In this document: one piece after another, positions 50,856 through 64,000 of the stretch
How positions within the stretch are numbered: position 1 is the first letter of the stretch
Layout: every line of letters begins with the position of its first letter
NCBI RefSeq assembly: GCF_006345805.1
Contig: NC_043017.1
Span: 20,832,001 to 20,896,000, forward strand
Direction of reading: 5' to 3'
DNA: 64,000 nucleotides
DNA from: Octopus sinensis
Taxonomy: Eukaryota
Translations under genes and position numbers: made by a program
Notes under the pieces: model-generated
Told to the model about the DNA's origin: nothing
The model's input: only the letters and a program-made list of their open reading frames with translations
Databases searched by the model: none

Positions 50856-52638
50856 AACAGGAAGTTTTAATCATAAAACTAGAGGTGGTCTTAGACAAGT
50901 TGGTATCAAAAGAGTTTAACAGATAAAAAGAAATTTTTTTTAGGCGTAGGAGTGGCTGTGTGGTAAGTAGCTTGCTTACTAACCACACGGTTCTGGGTTT
51001 AGTTCCACTGCGTGGCATCTTGGGCAAGTGTCTTTTGCTATAGCCTTGGGCCGACCAAAGCCTTGTGAGTGGATTTGGAAGACAGAAACTGAAAGAAGCC
51101 CGTCGTGTATATATATATATATATATATTAAAAATATTAGAAAAAAAACACCTTTTATCAATTCGACTGGCACCCATGCCAGTGGCATGTAAAAGCACCA
51201 TTACACTCTTAGAGTGGCTAGCATTAGGAAGGGCATCCTGCCATACAAACCATGCCAAAACAGACTGGAGTCTGTGCAGCCCCTCAGCTTACCAGCCCTG
51301 GTCAAACCCATTCAGCCCATGTCAGTGTGGACAATGGACGTTACATGATGATGATGATGAAGATAATGATGACTTCTGTTGAAATACACTGCTTTTTTTT
51401 TTGCAAATTAATTTTGAAAATGATGAAGAATTTTGGTAAATAATTTTGTCTTTCCTAAGCAGGTGTTTGGCACGTAAATTAACATGGAATTTTGATGGAA
51501 GGTTTTAATTTAGATCACTTTAAAAGTATAAAGTTAATAACATAGAATTAGTGTCAGTTTCAGGCAGGTTGGCATCGAAATGGTTAAACAGATAAATAAG
51601 AACTAACTGCTTGATATAAACTCCAAAAGATTGGTTAAAGAGAATCCAGACAATGTAAATGTGTTCGGTTAATTAGTATATATTTAAGTGCCATGCAGAA
51701 CTACACAAATAAAATGCCAAAGAACTGTTGCAAGATATACAGTCTGAGGAATTTGGAAAGGTGGTGCTAGTGACCTGAGAAGGCTTAGAAACATAGCTTC
51801 TATATTGTTAGGGGTAGAGTGGCAATGAAAAGGTGAGAAACAGTGATAGAATGGGGGAATGGGGTAAGAGGAGAATGTGTGAGAGTGTGAGTGTGGGGTG
51901 TGGTGAGAGATAGGGGGCAATGTCAGATTGAGTAAGAGGGGTGAGGTGGATTTGGAGGTGAGGGTGGTGGGGTAATGAGCAGTAGGGTGGTAGTAAGAGA
52001 GAGAGGTGTAGTGATAGGGTAGTGAGACAGAGATACAGAGTGGTCGAGTAACAGTGAGAGAGTGGGTGGCAGTAATGGTGATGTATGAGAGGTAGTGTGA
52101 GAAGGGAAGGAGAGGCAGAAAAGGTGAGGGGTAGTGAGAGGTAATGTGAAGATGGAAGGAGAGGCAGAGAGGGTGAGGGGTAGCGAGAGGTAATGTGAAG
52201 ATGGAAAGAGAGGCATAGAAGGTGAGGAGTGGTGAGAGGTAATAAGGAGAATGAGAGGAGAGGGTAAAAGAGTAAAAGAGAGAAAAAAAAAGAGAGGTGG
52301 TGGTAAAAGAGTAGAAGAGAGAAAGAGAATGAGATGTGGGAGAGAGAGAGAGAGAGATCGGATGGTAGTAAGAGTTTGGGCAGTAGTAAGAGGGTGAGAA
52401 GTAGAGAAGAGAGAGTTTTGAGAAAATGCTGAGAAGTCAATAAAATTTCTATTGGTCTCCTAAAGAGAAAGACTCCAGACAGAGATATATCTTTTTTTTA
52501 TTCTTATTCCCGTGAAAGGACTATTGTGATAAGAGAGCAACAAAGAAGATAAAAAGAAATAACTGGATGAACAAAAAGTTTTCCAAACTGGCAACTTTTA
52601 TAGCGATACAATGGGTGCAAAAAAAAAAAAAAAAATAT

Positions 52639-53052
52639 CACAGGAGTGGCTGTGTGGTAAGTAGCTTGCTAACCAACCACATGGTTCTGGGTTCAGTCCC
52701 ACTGCGTGGCATCTTGGGCAAGTGTCTTCTGCTATAGCCCCGGGCCGACCAATGCCTTGTGAGTGGATTTGGTAGACGGAAACTGACAGAAGCCTGTCGT
52801 ATATATGTATATATATATATATGTGTGTGTGTGTGTTTGTTTGTCTGTGTTTGTCCCCCTAGCATTGCTTGACAACCGATGCTGGTGTGTTCACGTCCCC
52901 GTCACTTAGCGGTTCGGCAAAAGAGACCAATAGAATAAGCACTGGGCTTACAAAGAATAAGTCCCGGGGTCGATTTGCTCGACTAAAGGCAGTGCTCCAG
53001 CATGGCCGCAGTCAAAATGACTGAAACAAGTAAAAGAGTAAAGAGTAAGAGT
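52639..53052 (+). mobile_element. SINE family A, full length
   Basis: Complete match. Confidence 0.85.
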
Positions 53053-53071
53053 ATGTGTGTATGTGTACTTA

Positions 53072-53814
53072 CAAGGGTGAGTCAAAAAGTATTGCCATTT
53101 TGTTTAGGACAGGTATAATTACAAACACAGGAACATGTATCATACATGAAAAGGAAGCTGGTCCTCAGTGGATAACATCCCTACTTCTCAACGGTCACCG
53201 TTTCTCTCAATAGCAATGTTCCACCTTCGAATGAGAGCATGTATCCCTGTCCTGTTCTTTGAGCCACTTCTTCACTACAAAGTCAAAGAGAGAACACCTT
53301 CTTTTGAAGGCTCATAACAAGTGACAAAACATGGAATGGCACCACTCTATGTCACCACCACTGAAAAAGTTCCAGTTGCAAAAGTCAGCTGGAAAACTCA
53401 CGGTGACTGTCTTTTGGAGTGCTCAAGGTGTCATTGTGGTCAATTTCTTGCAAAAAGGAAAAACAATAAACTCATAAGCGTCATTTTGATGTACGATACG
53501 TGTTCCTGTGTTGGTAATTATACCTATACAAGGCGGCGAGCTGGCAGAAACGTTAGCACGCCGGGAGAAATGCTTAACGGTATTTCGTCTGTCATTATGT
53601 TCTGAATTCAAATTCCGCCGAGGTCGACTTTGCCTTTCATCCTTTCGGGGTCGATAAATAAAGTACCAGTATCGCACTGGGGTCAATGTAATCGACTTAA
53701 TACCTATGTCTGTCCTTGTTTGTCCCCTCTGTGTTTAGCCCCTTGTGGGTAATAAAGAAATAGGTAATTATATCTATCCTAAACAAAATGGCATTACTTT
53801 TTGACTCACTCTCG
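53072..53814. mobile_element. Internally deleted and rearranged mariner transposon
   Basis: TIRs of about 50 bp (caagggtgagtcaaaaagtattgccattttgtttagga / tcctaaacaaaatggcattactttttgactcactctcg) with TA flanks. Transposase relics: MEWHHSMSPPLKKFQLQKSAGKLTVTVFWSAQGVIVVNFLQKGKTINS (plus, 53331-53474) and GIHALIRRWNIAIERNGD (minus, about 53190-53250). Confidence 0.88.
53530..53762 (+). mobile_element. SINE family B inserted into the mariner relic
   Basis: Full copy; 17-bp TSD ggtaattata(c/t)ctat(a/c)c at 53513-29 and 53763-79. Confidence 0.85.
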
Positions 53815-54454
53815 TACATTTATAAATGTATATGTGTGTGTTGTGTGTGTAAAACTAAAAGGACAAAGACCCCCTCCAGTCATGAATGACCAAGGGATTT
53901 CACCTAGAAAGTTCTCCTCTGAGGTACAAGCCTGGGCAAGGTTGTTTATGGAAGACCAGCAGCCCATGCATGCCAGCCTCTCCTTTCTGCACCACCAATG
54001 TTATCCGAGGGAAAGGCAAAGGGGCCGATACAACTTGGCACCAGTGATGTCGCAACTCTTTTCTACAGTTGAGTGAACTGGAGCAATGTAAAATAAAGTG
54101 TCTTGCTCAAGAACACAACACACAGCCCGGTCCAAGAATTGAACTCACTACCTCATGATTGGGAGCCCAAACATATATTATGTTTGTGTGTCTGTGCCCC
54201 CTACCCTCGCTTGACAAGTGATGTTGGTGTGTTTACCCATAACTTAGCAGTTCTGCAAAAGAGACCAATAAAATAAGTCTTGGGCTTACAAAGAATAAGT
54301 CCTGGGGTCGATTCGTTTGATTGAAGGTGGTGCTCCAGCATGGCTGCAGTCAAATGACTGAAACCAGCAAAAGAATAAAAGAATGAAAGATATACATGAA
54401 GAAAACCTAGTCAAATATATACTGACGAAGCACTCAATACTTTTAAACGCTCTT

Positions 54455-54822
54455 ACTCTTTTACTTATTTCAGTCATTTGACTGCGGCCATGCTGGAGCA
54501 CCGCCTTTAATTGAGCAACTTGACCCTGGCACTTATTCTTTGTAAGCCCAGAACTTATTCTATCGGTCTGTTTTGCTGAACCTCTAAGTGACACCAGCAT
54601 CAGTTGTCAAGCATTGCTAGGGGGACAAACACACAAACATACATATATATATACATATATACGATGGGCTTCTTTCAGTTTCTGTCTACCAAATCCACTC
54701 ACAAGGCTTTGGTCGGTCCGAGGCTATAGTAGAAGACACTTGCCCAAGGTGCCACGCAGTGGGATTGAACCCGGAACCATGTGGCTGGTAAGCAAGCTAC
54801 TTACCACAAAGCCACTCCTGCG
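54455..54822 (-). mobile_element. SINE family A, tail-to-tail with a plus-strand partial copy at about 54180-54390
   Basis: Reverse-complement match. Confidence 0.8.
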
Positions 54823-54847
54823 AGTGAGGGGAGGGGGAGATGGGGCC

Positions 54848-54883
<36 letters not shown>

Positions 54884-55439
54884 TTTGCTACCATAGGTAA
54901 TCTGCTGTGAAATTATTTATCCTGGAATCAATAGCTTCTTCAGAACCGAAGAACACAGAAGAACAGAGGCAATAAACTATCAGAGAAGAAGGAAAAAAAA
55001 AAAAAAAAAAAGAAAAAATGGTAGGAAACACAGGCACCGTTACTGCTACAACTAAAACAATAACAACAACAGCAATAATAATAATAATGATAATAATAAT
55101 AATGACAAGAAGTTGAGAAGAGATCTGCAAGTAATTAGGAACGACATCCAAAATCAATGATAAATAAACACAACTTATTGAGAAAGATTTCCTGATCTAT
55201 CTCTGACAATTTTTAACTGTTGCTTAGACACACACATACACATACACTCACTCACACACACATACTGGTGTGTGTGTGCGTGTGTGTGTGCAGAAGCACA
55301 CATACAGACACACATAAGAGCACACGTGTGTGCATGTGTGTGCGTGTGTGTATGTGTGTGTGAGTGTGTAAAGATCAGGTGCACGTAAATTGTTTCCACG
55401 TTAGCTAGGCTAGCACCACAAACTCCACCACTATCACAA

Positions 55440-56940
55440 ACCGCTACTATAACCATCGCCATGATCACCACCACCACCACCACCACCACCACCACCGCAA
55501 CTACCGTCACAACCACCATCATCTGCACCAACACCACCACCACTACCACAACTACCGTCACAACCACCACCATCTGCACCACCACTACCACCACCACCAC
55601 CACCACCACCACCACCACCACCACCATCATCCCCATCACAATGATTATCACCAACGCTACCACCTCAACTTTAACAATCGCAACCAATACCCCCACCACT
55701 ACCACCACCACCACCACCACCACCACCACCGTCACCACCATCACCACCACGACCACCACCACCATCGCCACCACCACCATCACCACCACCACCACCATCA
55801 TCCCCATCACATTGACTATCACCGCCGCTACCATCTCTATCACTGCCACCTCAACTTTAACAATCGCAACCAATACCCACCACCACCACCACCGCCACCA
55901 CCGCTATCACAAACACTGCATTACAACCATTATCATGATCACCACAACTACTATTGCTGTCACTGCCATCATTATCATCATCATCATCATCATCACTACC
56001 AGCTGCAGCAGCGCCACCACCACCACCACCACCACCACCACAACTACCACTTCCATGACACAGCTACTACCACCACCACCACCATCACCACAACTACCAC
56101 TTCCATGACACAGCTACTACCACCACCACCACCACCACCACCACAACTACCGCTTCCATGACACAGCTACTACCACCACCACCACCACCACCACCACCAC
56201 CACAACTACCACTTCCATGACACAGCTACTACCACCACCACCACCACCACCACCACAACTACCACTTCCATGACACAGCTATTACCACCACCACCACTAC
56301 CACAACTACCGTCACAACCACCACCATCTGCACCACCACTACCACCACCACCACACCACCACCACCACCACCACCACCATCATCCCCATCACAATGATTA
56401 TCACCAACGCTACCACCTCAACTTTAACAATCGCAACCAATACCCCCACCACTACCACCACCACCACCACCACCACCACCACCACCGTCACCACCATCAC
56501 CACCACGACCACCACCACCATCACAACCACCACTACCATCATCCCCATCACATTGACTATCACCGCCGCTACCATCTCTATCACTGCCACCTCAACTTTA
56601 ACAATCGCAACCAATACCCACCACCACCACCTCCACCACCGCTATCACAAACACTGCATTACAACCATTATCATGATCACCACAACTACTATTGCTGTCA
56701 CTGCCATCATTATCATCATCATCATCATCATCATCACTACCAGCTGCAGCAGCGCCACCACCACCACCACCACCACCACCACCACCACCACCACCACAAC
56801 TACCACTTCCATGACACAGCTACTACCACCACCACCACCACCACCACAACTACCACTTCCATGACACAGCTACTACCCGCCCCCCACAACTACCACTTCC
56901 ACGACACAGCTACTACCACCACCACCACCACCACTGTTAC
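55440..56940. repeat. (CAC)n-rich compound repeat with an about 750-bp internal duplication
   Basis: Unique markers are repeated at 55628/56381 and 55994/56735; an embedded sub-unit caactaccacttccatgacacagctacta recurs. Confidence 0.85.
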
Positions 56941-57027
56941 CAGAGGTATCCTCGTTATAAACACATTAAAAGTGATCTAAATATAAGATGAAACAAGTAG
57001 AAGCAACACAAGGCAGATTTCCCTTTG

Positions 57028-57060
<33 letters not shown>

Positions 57061-57513
57061 CACCCAAACACTGTCCAAGTGCATATATATACATTGCAGA
57101 CACACACCCAGTGCCACATACCCCACAACAAACAAGCCTGCACCCTGTCACACCAAAGGGTGTTTAACTGTATTGAGCTAGGCGTTACTCTAACAATGTT
57201 TTGCCATTCTTACAGATAATAGAAAAGTTACCAAACAACTAACTATTTATTTTATCTGTCTGTCTGTCTAGCTACCTTACTGCCTGTATATCTATCTATC
57301 TATCTATCTATCTACCTACCAATCTATCTATTTCTATCTATCTATCTATCTATCTACCTATCCACCTATCTATCCATCCATCTATCTATCTATCTGTCTA
57401 TCTATCTACCTACCTATATATCTATTTCTATCTATCTATCTATCTATCAACCTGTATATCTATCTATCTACCAATCTATCTGTCTATAAAATTATATATA
57501 CACACAGAGACTG

Positions 57514-57550
<37 letters not shown>

Positions 57551-57619
57551 TATATTTCATATACACACATACACACATATATACATACACATACATCTAT
57601 CGATCTGTATATCTATCTA

Positions 57620-57653
<34 letters not shown>

Positions 57654-57655
57654 AT

Positions 57656-57687
<32 letters not shown>

Positions 57688-58281
57688 TCTGTCTGTCTAT
57701 CTGTTTATCAAACAACAAGCCAACCAAGGCAGCATACCTACCTACCTACCTACATACATACACACACATACATACATATAAACATAATACCTACATACAT
57801 ACATATGTATATACATACATATGTATATACATACATATGTATATACATACATATATATACACACAGAATCAATTCCATTATCGATCAATTGCGTATCTAT
57901 CTTTGCAATATAGAATCAATCAGCTTATTTATTGGTCAATCAATAAATCAGAATACCCATCAATCACTCAATATATCTCTCCATCAATCAATGAACTTAT
58001 ATTTTTCAATCAAAGACTCAATATATTTCTCCATCAATCAGTCACTCATTAAAGCTGTCCATCAATCACTTAATTAATTTATATCTCAATCAACCAGTTC
58101 ATCTACCCATGAATATATCAACTACTCCACCAGTTCAGCTGATAATCTAGTTACTCATTGATCAATCTATCAGTCAATCAATCAAATAACAAATAAATTT
58201 AACAATCACTTAACCAGTTAATTTATCTGACCAACAACAAGTCACAATAGAGATGTGTGTGTGTGTATGTGCTGATATATA

Positions 58282-58315
<34 letters not shown>

Positions 58316-58543
58316 CATGCATAGATTTCTACAAGTCTGACATGTAAAGTTCGATGAGTCTACAAAACTTTAGGTTGGTTGGAGTCAAATCAAACCATTA
58401 TTAAATAATATATATGTATATATACATACATATACCTACCTACCTACCTACCTACATACATACATACATATATTCACACAGAAAGACACGCATATATATA
58501 TATGTATATTTTCACATAGAACAACACACATATATGCATATGC

Positions 58544-58591
<48 letters not shown>

Positions 58592-59430
58592 ATATACATA
58601 CATGCATACATATCTAAATATGCATATAATATATATATATATGTATGCACATACACACATACAGATGCATATATGCATGCATACTTGCATGGACACACGC
58701 AACATACACACATACATATATTTTAAAGTACACACACCTCCGTCCCCCACAGACACACACATGTACATCACACGCGCTCGCTCTCACACAGGCATACGCA
58801 GACAAAACACACAGATACAGAGAAGCCTCTGCAAATTCAAACAAAGCCCTGAACATGTGCATACAAATGCATATACTGCACACTGCACACACACTGCATG
58901 CACATACGCACATGCACATACATGCATGCACATGCATGCATGCACAACTATGAAAAGACTTAGAGTAAATAGCTCATGCGTTTTCACATTGATTCACACT
59001 TAATTGGTAAACTAAACATGGAAATAACTCCACTTTCTGCTCACAGTGTTCTCTATCTGCTACATATTACTTTTATTACTGCCTTCCTTCCTGTTAAACT
59101 TCAGGTCCCCCTGCTCCTTTAACTAAAGAGAGCAGCTTCAATGATGTAATGTATATTATGCACGACATCGCCGACGTTTAATGTAGGGGATGTGATGTAA
59201 TAGGGATGCAGACACAGATACACGCTGCTGAAATATGGCTGGTGTACACAGCAGTGATGGAGTATCTATGTGTGGCAGTTACGCTGTAATGAAGTACGTT
59301 TGACACAGAATTAAAGTACATCTGGCACACTTAATTAAAGACTGTCTGTCACACAATAATGACACACATATTTGTCTGTGACACAAAATTGATACACATA
59401 CTCACACACACACATACACACACACATATT

Positions 59431-59870
59431 TGTGACACTAATAATATATATTTCTGACATAATAATGACATATTTGTGATACAATACTGATATATATTTG
59501 TGACAAAATAAGGATACGTATTTGTGACATGATAATGATATATATTTGTGACATGATAATGATATATATTTGTGACAAGATAACGATATGTATTTGTAAC
59601 ATGATAATGATATATATTTGTGACATGATAACGATATATATTTGTGACACGATAATGATATGTATTTGTGACATGATAACGATATATATTTGTGACAAGA
59701 TAAGGATACATATTTGTGACATGATAATGATATATATTTGTGACATGATAACGATATATATTTGTGACATGATAAGGATACATATTTGTGACATGATAAT
59801 GATTTATATTTGTGACATGATAATGATATATATTTGTGATATGATAACAATGTATATTTTGACATAATAA
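59431..59870. repeat. 24-bp minisatellite, about 18 copies
   Basis: Unit tgtgacatgataatgatatatatt. Confidence 0.9.
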
Positions 59871-61459
59871 ATTTTACTAATTTTAACACAAGGCCAGCAA
59901 TTTTGAAAAAAGAGGTAAAGCCTGTTGAACCAACTTTGGTATTTGACTGGTAATTTTTTTTATCACTTCAGAAAGGATAAAAACCCAAGTTGACCTTGGT
60001 GAGATTTGAGCCCAGAATGCAAAGGACCCAAAGAAATATCACAGCACATTTCTCCCAATGCCCTAACAATTCCATCAGCTTGCTTCCTTGAATATTTATA
60101 ACATGGTAATCCTTTCCAATAGGCACAAGGTCTGAAATTTGGTGGGAGGGGACTAGCCGATTTGATCGACCCCAGTACGCAACTGGTACTTAATTTGTTG
60201 ACCCTGAAAGGATGAAAGGCAAAGTTGGCCACACTGGAATTTGAACTCAGAATGTAACGACACATGAAATGCTGTTAAGTATTTCACCTTACATGCTAAT
60301 GATCCTGACAGCTTGCCACCCTTATTTGTAGAATAATAATGATATATGCTTGTTCCACATTGATGGCACTCATGATGCAATCATCATCATTTTTACCACC
60401 ATCATATAACATCCATATTTCCCTGCTGGCATGGGTTGGATGGTTTGAAATGAACAGATGAACCAGAGTACAGTACCTAATTGTGTAATATCTGTTTTGG
60501 CTTGAAGGTGGTGAGCTAGAAGAAATGTTAACACGGGTGAAATGCTTAGCTGTGTTTCGTCTGTCTTTACGTCCTGAGTTCAAATTCCGCTGAGGTCGAC
60601 TCTGCCTTTCATCTTTACGGGGTCGATAAATTAAGCACCAGTTGTGTACTGCAGTTGATCTAATCGACTGGCCCCCTAATGCAAAATTTCGGGCCTTGTG
60701 CCGAGAGTAGAAAAGAATATCTGTTTTGGCTTGGTTTCTACAACTGGATGTCCTTCCTGATGCCAACCACTTCAGAGAATGTACATGGTGCTTTTAACAT
60801 AGCACCATCATTAGCAAAGTCACCAAGCACCTGTGAGATAAGACTCCTCAACTGGGTAGGGTATAGAATGGAGTGATAAAGAAACTAAGGTAGAAGGACA
60901 GGAGCATGTATCTTGTTGCAGAGGTGGATACATGGGCTTGGAGACAGAGTATTTCTTTATTCACCATAAGGTTGAGAAGAAGAGGGGACAATACGGGGAC
61001 AGACAAAACAAACGTTGGGGTCAGGGTATTGAATGAGATGAAACGTATGAATAAACAAACAATTAAAATATATATAGAGAGAGTGAGAGACTGACAGACA
61101 GACAGATAAGGGGAGAGAGAGATAAAAGGAGAGAGACAGAAAGGGAGAGAGAGATAAAAGGAGAGAGAGAAAGGGAGAGAGAGAGGGGAGTGAAGTTAAG
61201 TACAAGATAAATATGAGACGGAATAGGACAGAGGAGTAGAAAAGGTGGATGTAACATGTCAATGATGTAACACGTCTGTGTTACAGTAATGATGTATATT
61301 GTGACACAGTAATGATTTATAGTTGTGTCACAATAAGGATGTATATGTGACAAAACAAAGATATATTTGACACACCAATGATGTGTATGTATGACAATAA
61401 TTATAAATTTGTGAAACAACCTGGACATAAATTTGTGACACTGGTTAAAAAAAGTGGTG

Positions 61460-61795
61460 AAGGCCCCTTATGGTCATGAATGACCGTGGGATGCACCTAG
61501 AAAGTTCCCCACTGAGGTATAAGTTCGGGCAAGGTTGTTTATGGAAGACCAGCAGTCGCCCATGCATGCCAGCCTCTCCTTTTAATGCCACTGATGTTAT
61601 GCAAGGGAAAGGCAAAGGCTGATACAGCTTGGCACCAGAGAATGTCACAACTCATTTCTACAGCTGAGTGAACTGGAGCAACATGAAATGAAGAGTCTTG
61701 CTCAAGGACACAAGACAGAGCTCGGTCCAGGAATTGAACTCACTACCTCATGATGGTGAGCCCAACGCTCAAATCACCGAGCCATGTACCTTCAC
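61460..61795 (-). mobile_element. SINE family D
   Basis: Homologous to 5824-6157. Confidence 0.8.
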
Positions 61796-62000
61796 TTGTA
61801 TTTCATCGTGACTGGACATGTTTCTGCGATGCTTGGTGGCAAGCATCCTGTGCTGTCAAGATAAGGCACATGCACATGCACACATACAGACACACAGACA
61901 GACATACACACATGCATGATACATGTATATGCAATCTATTGATCTATCTATCTATCTACATATAATATATATCATCATCATCATCATCATCATATATATA

Positions 62001-62276
62001 TCACGTGATCATGTGACCGACCAGGCTATGAGATGTTGCTACAAATCGCTGGTCACAATGCGCTTCGCACTGTTTTAGCCTGCAGGCCAACAGAAGAAAG
62101 AATGAGAGAAAGTTGTGGCGAAAGAGTACAGCAGGGATCGCCACCAACCCCTGCTGGAGCCTTGTGGAGCTTTAGGTCCTTTCGCTCAATAAACACACAC
62201 AACGCCCGGTCTGGGAACAAAACCGCAATCCTCCGACCGTCAGTCCACTGCCCTAACCACTGGGCCATTGTGCCTC

Positions 62277-62277
<1 letters not shown>
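62001..62277 (-). mobile_element. SINE family C
   Basis: Homologous to 5241-5531. Confidence 0.8.
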
Positions 62278-62322
<45 letters not shown>

Positions 62323-62349
62323 AATATATAAATATATATAAATATGTAT

Positions 62350-63020
62350 GTATGTTCTCTTATTCTTTTACTTGTTTCAGTCATTTTGACTGTGGCCATG
62401 CTGGAGCACCACCTTAGTTGTAGAAATCAACCCCAGACTTATTGTGGGAACATAAACACACCAGCATCAATTGTCAAACGATGGTGAAGTGTGTGTGAGG
62501 GGAGAGTGCCTCACTAAAAACAAGAAGATGTGATTTTAAACAATTTTTTTTTTTTTGTCCATCTCATTTCACACATTAGGTTTTTCAATGTTTCAGTCGA
62601 GGAAGCTGGTACATTAAACGGTAAAAAATACAGTTTGAATTACAGGCTGTACTGAACTGGCAGGTTAATGAACCCTGAATATATTGCTTTAAAATATTAA
62701 TTACTTGTAACAAATAAGCACTATATAATAATGTGGATTTTGTAATAGTGTGCGGGGGGGACACATTTTTGTGGCTTGCTCCAGGCATGGTTTAACCTAG
62801 CTATGCCACTGGGACAAACACAGACATATATGCATACATACAAAAATAAATATATATATATACAACAGGCTTCATTTCAGTTTCCATCTACCAAATCCAT
62901 TCACAAGGCTTTGGTTGACCCAAAGCTATAGTAGAAGATACTTGCTCAAGGTGCCATGCAGTAGGACTGAACCCGGAACCATATGGATGGGAAGTAAGCT
63001 TCTTACTACACAGCTACGCC
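62350..63020 (-). mobile_element. SINE family A interrupted by a hAT-like fragment (about 62480-62811)
   Basis: Family A flanks; the insert ends ...cctagctatgccactg. Confidence 0.65.
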
Positions 63021-63519
63021 TGACATATACATATATATATGTGTATATATATATCATCATTTAACATCTCTTTTTGCATGCTGGCATGGGTTGGATGGGT
63101 CTACATGAACAGATGTACCAGCGAGTAGTGCCAAGCTCTAATGCAGTGGCTCCCAAACTTTTTCAGGCTGCTGCCCCCTTGGCACCTGGCCAGATTCTTA
63201 GTGTCCCTCCCCACACACACTCACCACCACAAACATAAACCACTTTCTGCAGCAAATTCAAGACAACTGTATTTCACAAATAAAACTTAACCCCTAATGA
63301 ACCCATTATTTTGTTGTTTTTACACCCATTGTCCCCTTTTGACCACCCCATTATGAACTCCACTTTTCTTCAACGCCCTGCCCCCACCTCATGGATCTTT
63401 CCACTGCCCCCAGTGGTATGATTCCTACAGCTGGATGCCCTTCTTAACACCAACCATTTCATGGAGAGAACCAGGCAGAGCTAGATTAACCATTAAGCAA
63501 AATAAGCATGTGCTTAGGG

Positions 63520-63721
63520 CAGTGCTTCTCAAAACATTTTGCTGGAGCAGAACCCCAAGGAAACATTCCACCGGCTCGAGGAACCCCTGTGCAATAATTT
63601 AATAGTCTTATGCACACATATCTGCACAGGAGAATTAAAAATTACTGCCGATTTTAGCAGTTTTGTAACTTCTTGCGGAACCCCTGGACTGTACTGGCGG
63701 AACCCTGGTTGAAAACCACTG
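63520..63721. mobile_element. hAT-like MITE
   Basis: Ends cagtgcttctcaa...ttgaaaaccactg with a perfect 8-bp TSD gcttaggg (63512-19 and 63722-29). Confidence 0.85.
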
Positions 63722-64000
63722 GCTTAGGGCATCAAAGGAAGGAGTGGGGGCACCACAGAAATGGTAAATGGCTTACGGCACAAAAGAAATTACTTTAAAC
63801 TTGCTAAAATAATATTTGGGATGCCTTTATCTCTACTAAGTATAGATACAGGTGTGTTACCTAAGATTAATTTTGAGGGTCTGATCAAAGACTTTGCAAT
63901 TCAAAAATGAAAGAGAAAACTTTGCAAATATAAATAAAGTGGAAGTATACAAAAATAATCATTATTTTCCCTCTTCCTGTTTTTGTTTCATTTTGGAAAA

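Noticed and set aside
59335-59889. Repetitive ORFs (SCHKYISL)n
   Set aside because: A 24-bp minisatellite that is open in several frames.

Overview
AT-rich, very repeat-dense eukaryotic DNA. It is most likely a coleoid cephalopod such as Octopus; this is inferred from the recurring tRNA-derived SINE families and the microsatellite load, not from a database search. No host protein-coding gene can be called with confidence, and most ORFs in the supplied track are translations of microsatellites. The window looks like a long intron or intergenic tract filled with at least five SINE-like families, 3' fragments of CR1-like and R4/Dong-like LINEs (the latter sitting in (TAA)n tracts), a rearranged mariner relic, Tc1-, hAT- and TTAA-type MITEs, a non-autonomous Helitron and many simple repeats. 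The most notable signal is a set of type I hammerhead ribozyme (HHR) motifs in short elements, most of them embedded in or next to (TA)n microsatellites. Two have a complete catalytic core (31467-31549 plus; 8830-8911 minus). Two further multi-copy minimal-HHR families are present, one carrying an A6-to-U core substitution in all three copies. This points to several Penelope-like or retrozyme-like families, mostly associated with (TA)n. All folds and alignments were done by eye.
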